Shown one piece after another: positions 52,782 to 64,000 of a stretch of 64,000 nucleotides of DNA (position 1 is the stretch's first letter; each line of letters begins with the position of its first letter). Position numbers and translations under genes: made by a program. The notes under the pieces are model-generated. The model had not been told where the DNA came from, did no database searches, and saw only the letters and a program-made list of their open reading frames with translations. The DNA lies in assembly GCA_009914755.4 (NCBI GenBank), contig CP068257.2, positions 12,544,001 through 12,608,000 of the forward strand. Reading direction: 5' to 3'. Source of the DNA: the human T2T-CHM13v2.0 reference genome, Homo sapiens.

Positions 52782-52831
<50 letters not shown>
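52782..52831. repeat. (GT)n dinucleotide microsatellite of about 25 units
   Basis: It is a perfect gtgtgt... run. It explains the minus-strand ORF 52696-53010, which contains a run of alternating HT residues. Confidence 0.95.
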
Positions 52832-52832
<1 letters not shown>

Positions 52833-54112
52833 GACAATAAGGAAACCTCTGGAGTCGGTATTTGAGTAAACAATGTTTGGAACAGTGCCAATATATTACT
52901 TGTCTTAACTTAGTAGAAGCAAGAGTTTGAAAGTAAAGATGGCTATGGCAATGACTATATTGAGTACTCCTAGAAATCTTGGAGATGCCTTTTAATTTTT
53001 CACAAGACATGAATTTAGGGTTTGAACCAATCTTGTGATCTTAAGTGGCAGGAACAGTTTAGCTATCACAAATTGTAGATTAAACACAAATACACAGAAC
53101 ACTCCTTAATTATTGAGGAAAAGATTAGCACAGGGCTTTTAAGGGGTTGCTGGTTCACAGTGGCAGATAAAACAGTCATATGCATACACACATATATAAG
53201 GCAAATTTTGGCATAAAAAACAACACATATACATGCTTTATTTTTGGCATATATATGTATAGGTGTGTGTACGTGTGTGCGTCATATATATAATATATAT
53301 ATATGTTGTTTCATATGCCAAAAATCAGGCATATAAAACAATAGGAAGTCCCAGAAGAAAGAAGAGCCCAGTACATTTATGTAATACGCTGTTCCTAAAA
53401 GTGGGGGCAGCAATAAAAGTACTCTAGACCCAGAGTTTGCAGATATCAGGAATAAGGAAGTATCCAGGAGCAACTGCCAGTGTGATCTGTTATGTTATTT
53501 GCAGAAGGATCCCCTGGGCTGGTTTTCCTCTGCCCATCTCCTGTGGGATCCTCCTGTGGGGAGCAGCACCAAGGCGCTAGAACTCCAGGTGGATCTGCAA
53601 GAAGTGCATCACACTTACCACTGACCTTAGCAGGTGTTCTTTGTTTTTATTCCATTTATATTTACATTTTTATGATAGAAAACTATACTATTTGAATATC
53701 AATATTGTTACTAATTCTAGGGATGTGGACCAAACAGATAAATGTAATCAAAATGGTTTCATTTTATAAAATTTATTTTTTATTTCTAAGTCAATCATTT
53801 TAATAGGTATGTACTGGTATCTTACTGTGGTTTTAATTTACATTTTCCTAATGAATAACAATGTTGAATATCTTTTCATGGCTTTTTTGCCACCTGAATA
53901 TATTTTCATTGGTCTGTTCAACTCATTTAAAAAAATTGGTTGTTTGTATTCTTAGTATTGGGTTTTGAGAGAATTCTTTTTATATTCTGGATATAAGTCC
54001 ATTATAAGATGTGTAATTTGCAGATATTTTCTCCTAGCTGGTGCTTGTCTTTTCATTCTCTTAACATGTTGTTTGAAGAGCAGAAGTTTTGAATTTTACG
54101 AAGTCTAACATC

Positions 54113-54922
54113 AACTTTTTTCTTTAACTTTTATTTTAGCTTCCCAGGTACATGTGGAGGATCTCAGTTTTGTTACGTAGGTAAATATGTGCCATGGTGG
54201 TTTACCGCACAGAACAACCCAGCACCTAGCTATTTAGCTCAGCATCCATAAGCTATTCTCCCTGATGCTCTCCCTCCCGCCATCCACCCAAGACAGGCCC
54301 CAATGTGTGTTGTTCCCCACCATGTGTCCATATGTTCTCATCTTTCAGCTCCCACTTACAAGTGAGAACACATGGTGTGTGGTTTTCTGTTCCTGCATTA
54401 GTTTGCTGAGGAGAATGTCTTCCAGCTCCATCCATGTCCCTACAAAGGACATGATCTCATTCCTTTTTATGGCTGGATAGTATTCCATGGTGTATATGCG
54501 CCACATTTTCTTTATCCAGTCTATCATTGATGGGCATTTAGGTCGTTACCATGTCTTTGCTATTGTGGATAGTGCTGCCGTGAACATAATCATGCATGTG
54601 TCTTTATAATAGATTGATTTATATTCCTTTGGGCATATATCCAGTAATGGGTTTGCTGGGTCAAATGGTATTCTGCTTCTAGATTTAGAGGAATCATCAC
54701 ACTGTCTTTCAGAATGGTTGAACTAGTTTACATTCCCACCAACAGTGTAAAGGTGTTCCTTTTTCTCCACAACGTTGTCAGCATCTGCTACTTCTTAACA
54801 AAGATGGTTGTAGGTGTGTGGCCTTATTTCCCAGTTCTCTATTCTGGTCCATTGGTCTATATGTCTGTTTTTGCACCAGTACCATGCTGTTTTGGTTACT
54901 GCAGCCTTCACTTTACAAAATT
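54113..54922 (-). mobile_element. 5'-truncated LINE-1 (L1PA-like) in reverse orientation, covering the last ~800 bp of ORF2 C-terminus plus 3'UTR and a degenerate A-tail. The 8-bp TSD is TCTAACAT (54104-54111 and 54923-54930).
   Basis: The plus strand reads cttttattttagcttcccaggtacatgtggagg...gtgccatggtggtttaccgcac...tattccatggtgtatatgcgccacattttctttatccagtctatcattgatgggcattt...ggtaccatgctgttttggttactgcagccttc, the reverse complement of the L1 3' end. The minus-strand ORFs 54253-54527 encode [36 protein letters not shown].... Confidence 0.85.
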
Positions 54923-55136
54923 TCTAACATATCTGAAGGGTTGCTAACTTCTCTTACAAGTTAGGGAAGTCAGTATACCATAAAGCACTTGGGTGATACT
55001 TTGTGCATTCCCTTAGAGAACTATTTCCTTAGAAATCCGAAGCCTGTCTCTGAGTCAGGGTAATTCTCTGTCACCTTGAAACTCACTTTTGGGTTCATTG
55101 TGATTCTGCATTCTGTCCCATTTCATGGCTTCCTAG

Positions 55137-55497
<361 letters not shown>

Positions 55498-55739
55498 ATT
55501 CTCTTTTAAAGGTGAAAGCTGTTTGCCCTGAGAGAGTACTGGTCTCTTCCTCTCAAGGGGACTATACTGTTCTTATTTGGCCACTGAACTGATGGTTAAG
55601 TACAGTGGGTTAAGAGAACAAAAGGCCTAGAGATGTTACAGGGAATATGTTGTTCCCTCTGCTCATGTTTCTACTCTGTAGATATCCCAAAAGGGATTTT
55701 TTTTTTAAATTTTTTATTTCTATAGGTTTTTGGGGGAAC

Positions 55740-56040
55740 AGGTGGTATTTGGTTATATGAGTAAGTTCTTTACTGGTGATTTGTGAGATTTATATTTAGA
55801 ATTTATATTAATAAATATAAATTTATTTATACTATATATAATTAAATCTACATAGTAGATTTATATTTATGTAGATTTCTACTATAGTAGATCTATATAA
55901 GTTATAATATAAATATATAGAGATTTATATTAGATTTACCTAATAATTTATATTATAATAGATTTACACAAATAAATATCAATATATTAATAAATATACA
56001 TTTATTAATCTACATAGTAGATTTATATTTGTACACATAT
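55740..56040. repeat. AT-rich low-complexity block with reiterated palindromic units (aaatctacatagtagatttatattt)
   Basis: The perfect palindrome atctacatagtagat occurs at about 55841 and about 56008. TA/TTTATA runs fill the space between them. Confidence 0.7.
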
Positions 56041-56636
56041 ATCCTATTGATTGTATTTCTCTGAAGAACACGGATGAATACGCTACTGATCTTATCATCC
56101 TTCCACCCTCACATTTGCCCATACTTTATACAACCGTTTGGTATTGCTATTTCACTCTTTAAGGGGTGTATCACAGGTTGGGTTCTACAGGAAGCAGACT
56201 CTGTGATGGAGTTTAGCATACAGTATGTTTCCTAGAGAATGCTCTTGGGATCGCCACCAGTGACAAGGAAGAGATGTGAGCAGCAATGGGCAGAGGAAAA
56301 GGTGAAGAGTGAAGGAGGCCACTGCCTCTTCATAATCGGAGCTATCCTGTTTTGCACTGAAGTGGTCTGGTCTTTGTACCCCAATGTCTACCAGTCATTT
56401 ACTGTAGCCACCACAGAAGTGTGTGGCCTTTGGCCAGACTGCTCTTAGCAGCTGAGACAACCCTGTGAGGACTTGGCAACTAAAGGCTCTCTGCTGGCAC
56501 CTATCCCAGCAAACTTTGGGGTGACAAATCCTCCTTGAAGGTTGTCTGGGTGGTGCAGCTTCATGTCCCCCACTGGGTCATTCCCTGATTGCTTTTATTA
56601 CAGATTCTCTCCCTGCAGTTTTTCTTTGTTTCTTTC

Positions 56637-57037
<401 letters not shown>

Positions 57038-57354
57038 TGAAATAGAACTTATTGATAGTTTCCCAAATTCTGGCTCCTTCTGGGAAACATCTAACCTCCT
57101 CCTTTTTTTCTCCAGTTGGATCTCTTGAGATTCCTCTATATCACCTTCTTTCCCCCCGGAATTACTCCCTAGCTTGCTTCTTGAAACTAAGTCGGTCTAG
57201 GTATGTTCTTTGAGTTCTAGTCCCCTTTTCTCTCTCATTATGGGTCTAGTTTAGCTTCTGAATACTCAAACACCCTCTGTATCTTGAAGTTTTAGCACTC
57301 AGCCAGCTTGTCCTCTGTTGTTTCTTAGAGCTAACCCTGTTATCTGAGTCAGAA

Positions 57355-57578
57355 TCCATCTCTACAAAAAATACAAAAATTAGTCAGGCGTGGTGGTGCG
57401 TGCCTGCAGTGGTGGTGCATGCCAGCTACTTGTGGAGTTGAGGTGGGAGGATCACTTGAGCCTGAGAGATCGAGGCTGCAGTGAGCCATTTTCACCCCAC
57501 TGCACTCCAGCCTGGGTGATAAAAAGAGAGCTCCTGTCTCCAAAACAAAACAAAACAAACAAAAAAACAGTCCAACTA
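57355..57578 (+). mobile_element. 5'-truncated Alu (right monomer only) with an A-rich tail (caaaacaaaacaaaacaaacaaaaaaa)
   Basis: The body reads ccatctctacaaaaaatacaaaaattagtcaggcgtggtggtgcgtgcctgcagtggtggtgcatgccagctacttgtggagttgaggtgggaggatcacttgagcctgagagatcgaggctgcagtgagccattttcaccccactgcactccagcctgggtga. Confidence 0.8.
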
Positions 57579-60440
57579 CCAACTATATGTGACTTACAAT
57601 AAACCAACTAATGGAAAAGGAAAGGTATACTGAAATATTGAAAGTAACAAAATATAAAATCATACACCATGCAAACATAAACCAAACAAACAAAAGCTGG
57701 TATAACTTTATTGATATCAGGAAATAGAGACTTTAAAGCAAACATTATTACACACGTGATAAAGAGGGCACTTGAAAATAATTGAAGATTCAATTCACTA
57801 GTTTGAAATAAATTTAATGTTGTGTGTACTTCATATCATATTCTCAAAACACATAAAGGGAAAAGTGCCAAAAGCACAAGGAAAAATACCCAAATTCACA
57901 ATCACAGCAAAAGATTTTACACACTTTTATGCATAATGGAAAAAGCAAGCATACAGACAAATTCATAAGAGATTTAGACAAATTGAACAATGCAATTAGT
58001 GAATTCAATATCTTTGTTTATCTTTCTATATCCATCTGACTGCCACCCCACAAACAAGAACACTGCACAGTTAGAGACGGAAACTTATACAAGGTCATAG
58101 AGCAAGTCATTAAAAATTGTAGAGTTTTAAATCATATGTATATCAAAGGTTGGTAAAATATGGACCAGAGGCCACCTCTAGCCTGCTGCCTCTTTTTGTA
58201 ATAAACTTTTATTGTAATAATACAGCCTCACTCATTCCATTACTATTGTCTGTGGTTGCTTTCATACTACAATGGCAGAGTTAAGGAATTGTGTCAGAGA
58301 CCTAATGTTCCCAAGATTTGGGGTTCTGCTAACTTAGTGATCTTGGTTTCCAAGGGAGGAATGCTTCCACCAGAGATGCTTTAATATGGTTCCATTAAAC
58401 TGGAAGCTGAGCCCACACGTGGCCACTTGGAGCTCCCCATGCTAGTAAATCAACAGGAAAAGAAGAAAATGAATGTTATGGCTGGGAAATTAATTCTGAC
58501 TATCTGGAGGATATGGATTGCTACTACAAAAAGCGCTGAAATAGAAGTAGGTCTAATCCACAGTGAGTTGGTTGTTATTTAATCTGTCCAGTAGATGGTG
58601 CCAAAGTAATATTCGTAGATGATTAGGCATTCTCACAGGCTATTCCAAGATGAAGATTTGTTCCCACAGCCAACCATCCTTTTTTGCCTTGGAAAGGTGA
58701 AGTCTACATTTGCAATTGCTAATGCCAGCTGGACAGCCCCCTGCCTATATATTGAAACTGGATGGTAGTGCTAGTTTTACTTTTGGTATTGAAAGAACAA
58801 AGGTCAAACCATTATCTTAGAGCTTTTATAGCCCTTTACTGATAAGTTTTTACGAAATCATAAAATAAACATATTCTGAAATTAAATCAGAAAGTGTTGT
58901 GAACATGAAGTCAACAATTTACAGTCATATATCATATTTTTAATTTTAGAGGCTATTTGAAAGGTGTGCTCTATTTTAAATTCACACTACATACACTGTT
59001 TTTTCCCAGTGTTAGCCTTTAATCCTAAACAAGAGCACTTGTTAAGTACTGTTTGATCTTTTATAGAGGCTGTTCCATCAGCTGAATAGTCAAGACGCTG
59101 TAAAGGGTTTCAGTTTAAATTTACAAAGCTATACATAATAAAAATCATTTGCTAAGCAAAGTAGAAGAAAAGTCAAAACATAAAAGGATTTAATTGTTTT
59201 TGGCAAAATGGTTGAGAGCACAGACTCTGGAGAGAAAAAAAATCTGGATTCCAATGCTTGTTCTGTATGATCTGGGACAAAGTTCTCAGGTTTTATTCTG
59301 AACCTTTTGTTTCCTCAGCTATATAATGCAGGTAATAATGGTTTCTTCCTCATAACTTTGCTCTAAGATAACATGAGTACAAATCCCTGGGAATATGCTT
59401 AGCATGTAAGTCCTAAATAAATGCTAACAATATTAATTATATTATCATTATTTAACAAATGTTGAACTTTGTGAACTCATGTCTAAAATATCAAAATTTT
59501 AATGTGTAATTTGGACCTTTCATCTACAGTAAATTTGTCTTTTTTGTTTTTAAAATATCTATGGAAACCATCTTTTGTTATAGAATGCAATGCTGTCTTC
59601 CATTTAAATAGCATGACACTGAGTATATTTAATTGAATTTGAATGGATTTCAATTAAATCAGGATTTAAATTGTAAATCAGACAATTTACTCATTCTTTT
59701 CTCTGAATGACACATTCTGGTTCAACAGACCAATATTTATATTCTTGAAAATTTAAATATAGTTGCAAATTTTGTATTAAAATATAATAAATATTTCAGA
59801 ACTCATACCTCATGGATTTCAAATAAGGCATCCTACAATATAGTTCCGTTGATTCTGTAGCTACAATCAGACACGCGTTTTGTTCGAGTTCTAAAAGTTT
59901 GCTCGAGCCAACTTTAATGGGACCACTGAAACTTCCCAACAGTTTCATTTACAGAGGTTGCTGCACCTGTGCTACATTGAGAACACATCAATAAAGCCTT
60001 GACAACTTTGAGACAGCCAATTAAAAAGAGCTCCCCAGAGAATCTCCAATCGGCCTGTGCACTGGGAGGACAGAGTGGAGCCTTGGGAAGTTCCCCCCAT
60101 TTGCAGGGGGAAGGAACCTGGTCCCTCCTCTTCCTGTGAAGTAACCTGGGATTCTATTTGTGAGATGGGGGCCTGTTAACAGGAACCCCTCTTGTTTTAC
60201 TGTATTATTTTCCTTTTTGCCCAATAAATTCCATAATCCCCGCACCCTTCAAAGTGTCTGTGAGCCTAATCTTTCCTGGTCCTGTGACCAGGAAACAACC
60301 CAATTTTTAGCTGAACTAAGGAGAAAGTTTAGTAAGGAAATTATAGTCTACCAAAGGATTAAACATATTTTGATGCAATAATCATTGAAATCTTATTTAT
60401 TATATTGGCATAAAATTATATCAATGAAAAAATAGAAGTT

Positions 60441-60596
60441 TCAGAAATAGACACAATGGATTATGATAATTTAGAATATAAAGAAGTACACATTGAATAT
60501 TGGTGAGCTGAAGAAAGTTCAGAAATAGACACAATGGATTATGATAATTTAGAATATAAGGAAGTACACATTAAATATTGGTGAACTGAATAGTAT
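60441..60596. repeat. Tandem duplication of 2 x 78 bp, about 95% identical
   Basis: The unit tcagaaatagacacaatggattatgataatttagaatataa[ag]gaagtacacatt[ga]aatattggtga[ga]ctgaa[ga]aa.. is repeated back to back. Confidence 0.8.
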
Positions 60597-63500
60597 TTAA
60601 TCAATACTGTGATAAATGAATTGTTCAGAAAAGACTAGATGCACACATTTTAACATATTAAAAAATAAATTCTAGAAAGATTAAAAGGGCAATTTTTTAA
60701 ATCAAATGTTAAGAAAACCAATCTTTTCAAAAATTCTGCAAGAGTTTTAGTGCTATTTGCATAGTATGACTGGGAAAGTTTATCTGAAAAAAGTTAAATG
60801 GCCTGCCTGGGCCACAATGTTAATTAGCAGAAGAGCAAGGAATCAAATACAAATTGATTTGAACATAAAACCTACAATTGTTGATTAAAATTCTATATAA
60901 ATTACTTAGAAGAGTCCTCAGCGTGTTTTAGACTAGATAACCTTATTATTAGTGGTGGTGATGTCATCATCACTATCATTATTACCCACAGAGCAGGAAG
61001 ATGAGTGTAAAGTTAAGTGAAATAAATGTATCAATTTATAAATAAATAACATTCTGGGGACAATGTAAGTTACTAGTATGCTTTTGGATAATGTTGCCAA
61101 AGGTTAAGCAGAACCATTAGAATGCTGAAACCTCCTGAACTAGTAATTCTATGTAATTCATTTCAAAGTAATAAAAAGAAGTGAGTAAAAACACTTCTGC
61201 ACAAAGAAGCTTATGTCATAGTAAAAACTTGGAAATAATAAGATGTTGAATAATTGACATTATTAAATTATGCTACATTAGCATAATAAAATATTAGGTA
61301 GTTATTTTTAATGATAATTATGGGGATAATGCAGGAAAACTATTTGTGAAACCTAAAAATGGAAAAAAATAAATGTAAACATGGTAAAATTGTAACTAAA
61401 TGCAATAATAGAGCTTATTTAAGAACTGGAGCACAGAAAATTACACATAGAGTTGTCATGGGGTGGAGGTGAGGATAGAGTTTAGGCGATCTTTTTCTTT
61501 GCTCTTTTTAATGTTTTCAAATGTTTTTATAAAATAGGCAGTAATACATTTAGGCAATTTGCTTAATATGTTCATGGATATAATTATAATTTCCAAATAT
61601 AAATGTAAGTATATTTGGCTAAGTTCAAAATAATGTGAGCTTTAATTAATTGTTTCAGCGATTTCAAAGAGAGAAATTCAACATGTTAAATAATATAGGT
61701 TTTCAGATTTCTCTTTCTTTTTGTTCAAATTTGGAAAGTTTTTTTATCCTTAAATTAATTCTCAATTAATAATCATTGAGGGAGAAACTGTATCTATATT
61801 TTTATAGGAATCTTCTTTAATGAAGGTTAATCACTTTGGTAGTCTTTGAAGAATTTAAAGACTTTTCCGACTTCTCTCTCTGTTCACTAATGTGCAATTT
61901 TGAAAGCCAAATTAATGAAACTCTTCCTTGCATAGCTCATCCTTATCCCATAAATTCATCTAGTTAAAGTAAATAGGAAGATAATGACTACATTCTTGTG
62001 TCATAACCACCACCTTTGCTTTAATATATAAAGATCGATGGTGAGTCGAAGTATGAGAACATTGACCAAGGAGGAGGCTGGAAATGAGGTTGAAATTGTG
62101 AACTAACCTGTTGTGACCTTTTTTTTAAACCTTTACAGTACACATGATTTTATTGTGTCTACTTCTATACTTAAAAGATATTAGCTTTAATTTGAAATGA
62201 TTTTTTAAATGATAAGACTCCTTTGTCAATCGTCATCCTTGACTGAATTCCATCTGCTGTTCCTAATACGATAATTCGTTGGATCTAAGATGTCAATGAT
62301 TGTGAGCCTTATCATTATTTCCTGAACTACTAAGAAAAAAATCTACAAATTAAACTATAACCAACAATGCTTTCTTGTCTATGAGATGTGTTATTTTATA
62401 CTTATTTAGATCACTTGTTTAGGTTTTAGTCAGGATAAAACTTCTGTACAAAGTCTAAACAAGCACTGTGGTCTTGGGTTTCTTCCAAATTCTAACACCT
62501 GTTCTGCAAGTTTAAATGCCAGGGTCTCCTTGAATATTACCAAATAACCATATTTCTTGCTCTTCTTCTCTCTCAGGTATTTTCTTAAACACACTGAAGG
62601 AATTCAGAACATGATACCCCACAATATACTGCTTTGGTATATGGATTATTTTTAGCTGAAGGCTCTTGGAAAATAGCAAAGGCAGGGAGAAACATTTGCT
62701 GAACTCCCTTTATCTACATAAAGACAAACCCTCCATATGAAACAATTGTCATCAATCACTTTTACAGGAGTTTTGTCAACCAGGAAAGATTGACTCATCA
62801 CAGGAGAGGGGACTAGAAGTTGACATCACACCCAGACGAACTTTGCCACAAACTGTCATATTTCCCACCCCTTCTTCTTCTAAAGTCCACTCACCTTTCC
62901 TAAAAATTATTTACCCTTCCCTAAGTTATCTATGCCCCCCTCTATTTCCCTGTATTCTCCTATATATTATGTCCCTTTGTATATGGTATATGTGCTCCAG
63001 AATCTCACTGCTTTGTTTTTTTTGGATATTCACTTTTTCTCTGCAATGTCCCTGCACACATAATACTAAAAATTAAGAAACGTACATTCTTTTTCTCCTG
63101 TTAACTTTAATGTTTTCAGTTTATTTCACAGCCTCGCTATCAAACCTACGAGGGTAGAGAAGGAAAGTCTTTCCTCACTCTAACTCTTTTTCAGTGAGTC
63201 CTTCCCTGACCACCGTATACAAATTGTGACATTACCCATATTCCTATCCCTCTTCTCTTCATTATTCTTCTTAACACCACTTATTGTCATGTGACATCAA
63301 AACCTTTCATTATTTGGATGTGTATTGTCTGTTCCCCAAACACACTAGAATATACATTTTATGTTGGAGGGATTTTTCTTCCTCTGTTTTTTCTTTCCAG
63401 CACTTCCCATAATGCCTACCCCTTATTATAATAGGAATGCAATAAATACATGATGGGTAAATAAATGACTATTCACCTAAACTACAGAAAATTCAGAAAA

Positions 63501-64000
63501 GTTCTTCTAGTTCACAGTAATCTCCTTCCCCCTGAAAGACAGACTACTCACACTGAGAAAATTCACTTCTCTCTTAACCCTATTCGATGTTGACACGTAT
63601 AGCTGACGGAGTCGTTTCATAGCTGTGTTAATATTAATACACATGCAAGTTGCCACAGCTCTCGGGCTTTGGGGGCACCATCTCCTTCCATTCTGAATAA
63701 ATTGATGATAAAACTACTTCTGGTCAACTCTGGGATTATCAGCCATATGACTCCTTCAAGTTATTTAATTTCTGAAAAACTCATGAGTTTGGTTGTATGG
63801 ACTCAATTAAATACTGAATATAAATAACATAGTATAACATCTGACACATAAAAGCACTATACATATTAACTATTATTCAGTTTTGACCTTAAAGTCCTCA
63901 GGGCTCTGTTCTAGCACTCTACATTAGTTTGATCAAAATATTCAAATCTGTCTGAAATGCATTATGTACAGAAAGGACAGATTCATGGGGCATGGCTCAA

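Noticed and set aside
52696-53010. A 104-aa minus-strand ORF containing a run of alternating HT residues
   Set aside because: It is a translation of the (GT)25 microsatellite and is not a protein.
55740-56040. Regularly spaced short palindromic repeats that could superficially suggest a CRISPR-like array
   Set aside because: This is human DNA. The repeats are AT-only, irregular in spacing and lack unique spacers. They are an AT-rich low-complexity palindromic block and not a prokaryotic array.

Overview
This window reads as human genomic DNA from chromosome 21q11.2, not a prokaryotic or accessory-element locus. It is dense in primate interspersed repeats and carries two protein-coding genes arranged head to head. 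LIPI exon 1 lies on the minus strand at about 9.5 kb, with the signal-peptide coding part at 9508-9553 spliced at a GTAAG donor. All five coding exons of RBM11 lie on the plus strand at 14895-25999. They splice cleanly into an 843-nt, 281-codon CDS that has the RRM RNP-2 and RNP-1 motifs and begins in a CpG-island promoter at about 14.69-15.32 kb. The rest of the window is introns and intergenic DNA built from the following repeats: (1) rearranged and nested LINE-1 copies at 1-2885 and 54113-54922; (2) at least nine Alu copies, several with clear target-site duplications, one of them AluY-like; (3) a full-length MaLR element of MSTA/MST-int type with both LTRs and a 5-bp target-site duplication, lying just downstream of the RBM11 poly(A) signal; (4) several solo LTRs, including a roughly 1.4-kb LTR12/HERV9-like LTR with tandemly repeated U3 motifs; (5) a Tigger-like MITE and a MADE1/mariner TIR fragment; (6) microsatellites: (TTCC)n, (GT)n twice, (GAAT)n, a T18 run and GA-rich tracts. 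I found no tRNA, rRNA or CRISPR features and nothing that amounts to a novel biological system. The observations most worth a second look are: (a) a base-perfect in-frame 2 x 126-bp tandem duplication inside the last coding exon of RBM11; (b) the LTR12-like element, which is bracketed by a 14-bp direct repeat and by about 210-bp inverted-repeat arms roughly 1 kb apart; (c) the divergent LIPI/RBM11 promoter interval with a CpG island on only one side; (d) several palindromic or hairpin-forming segments. Repeat family names come from my memory of consensus sequences and were not checked against any database.
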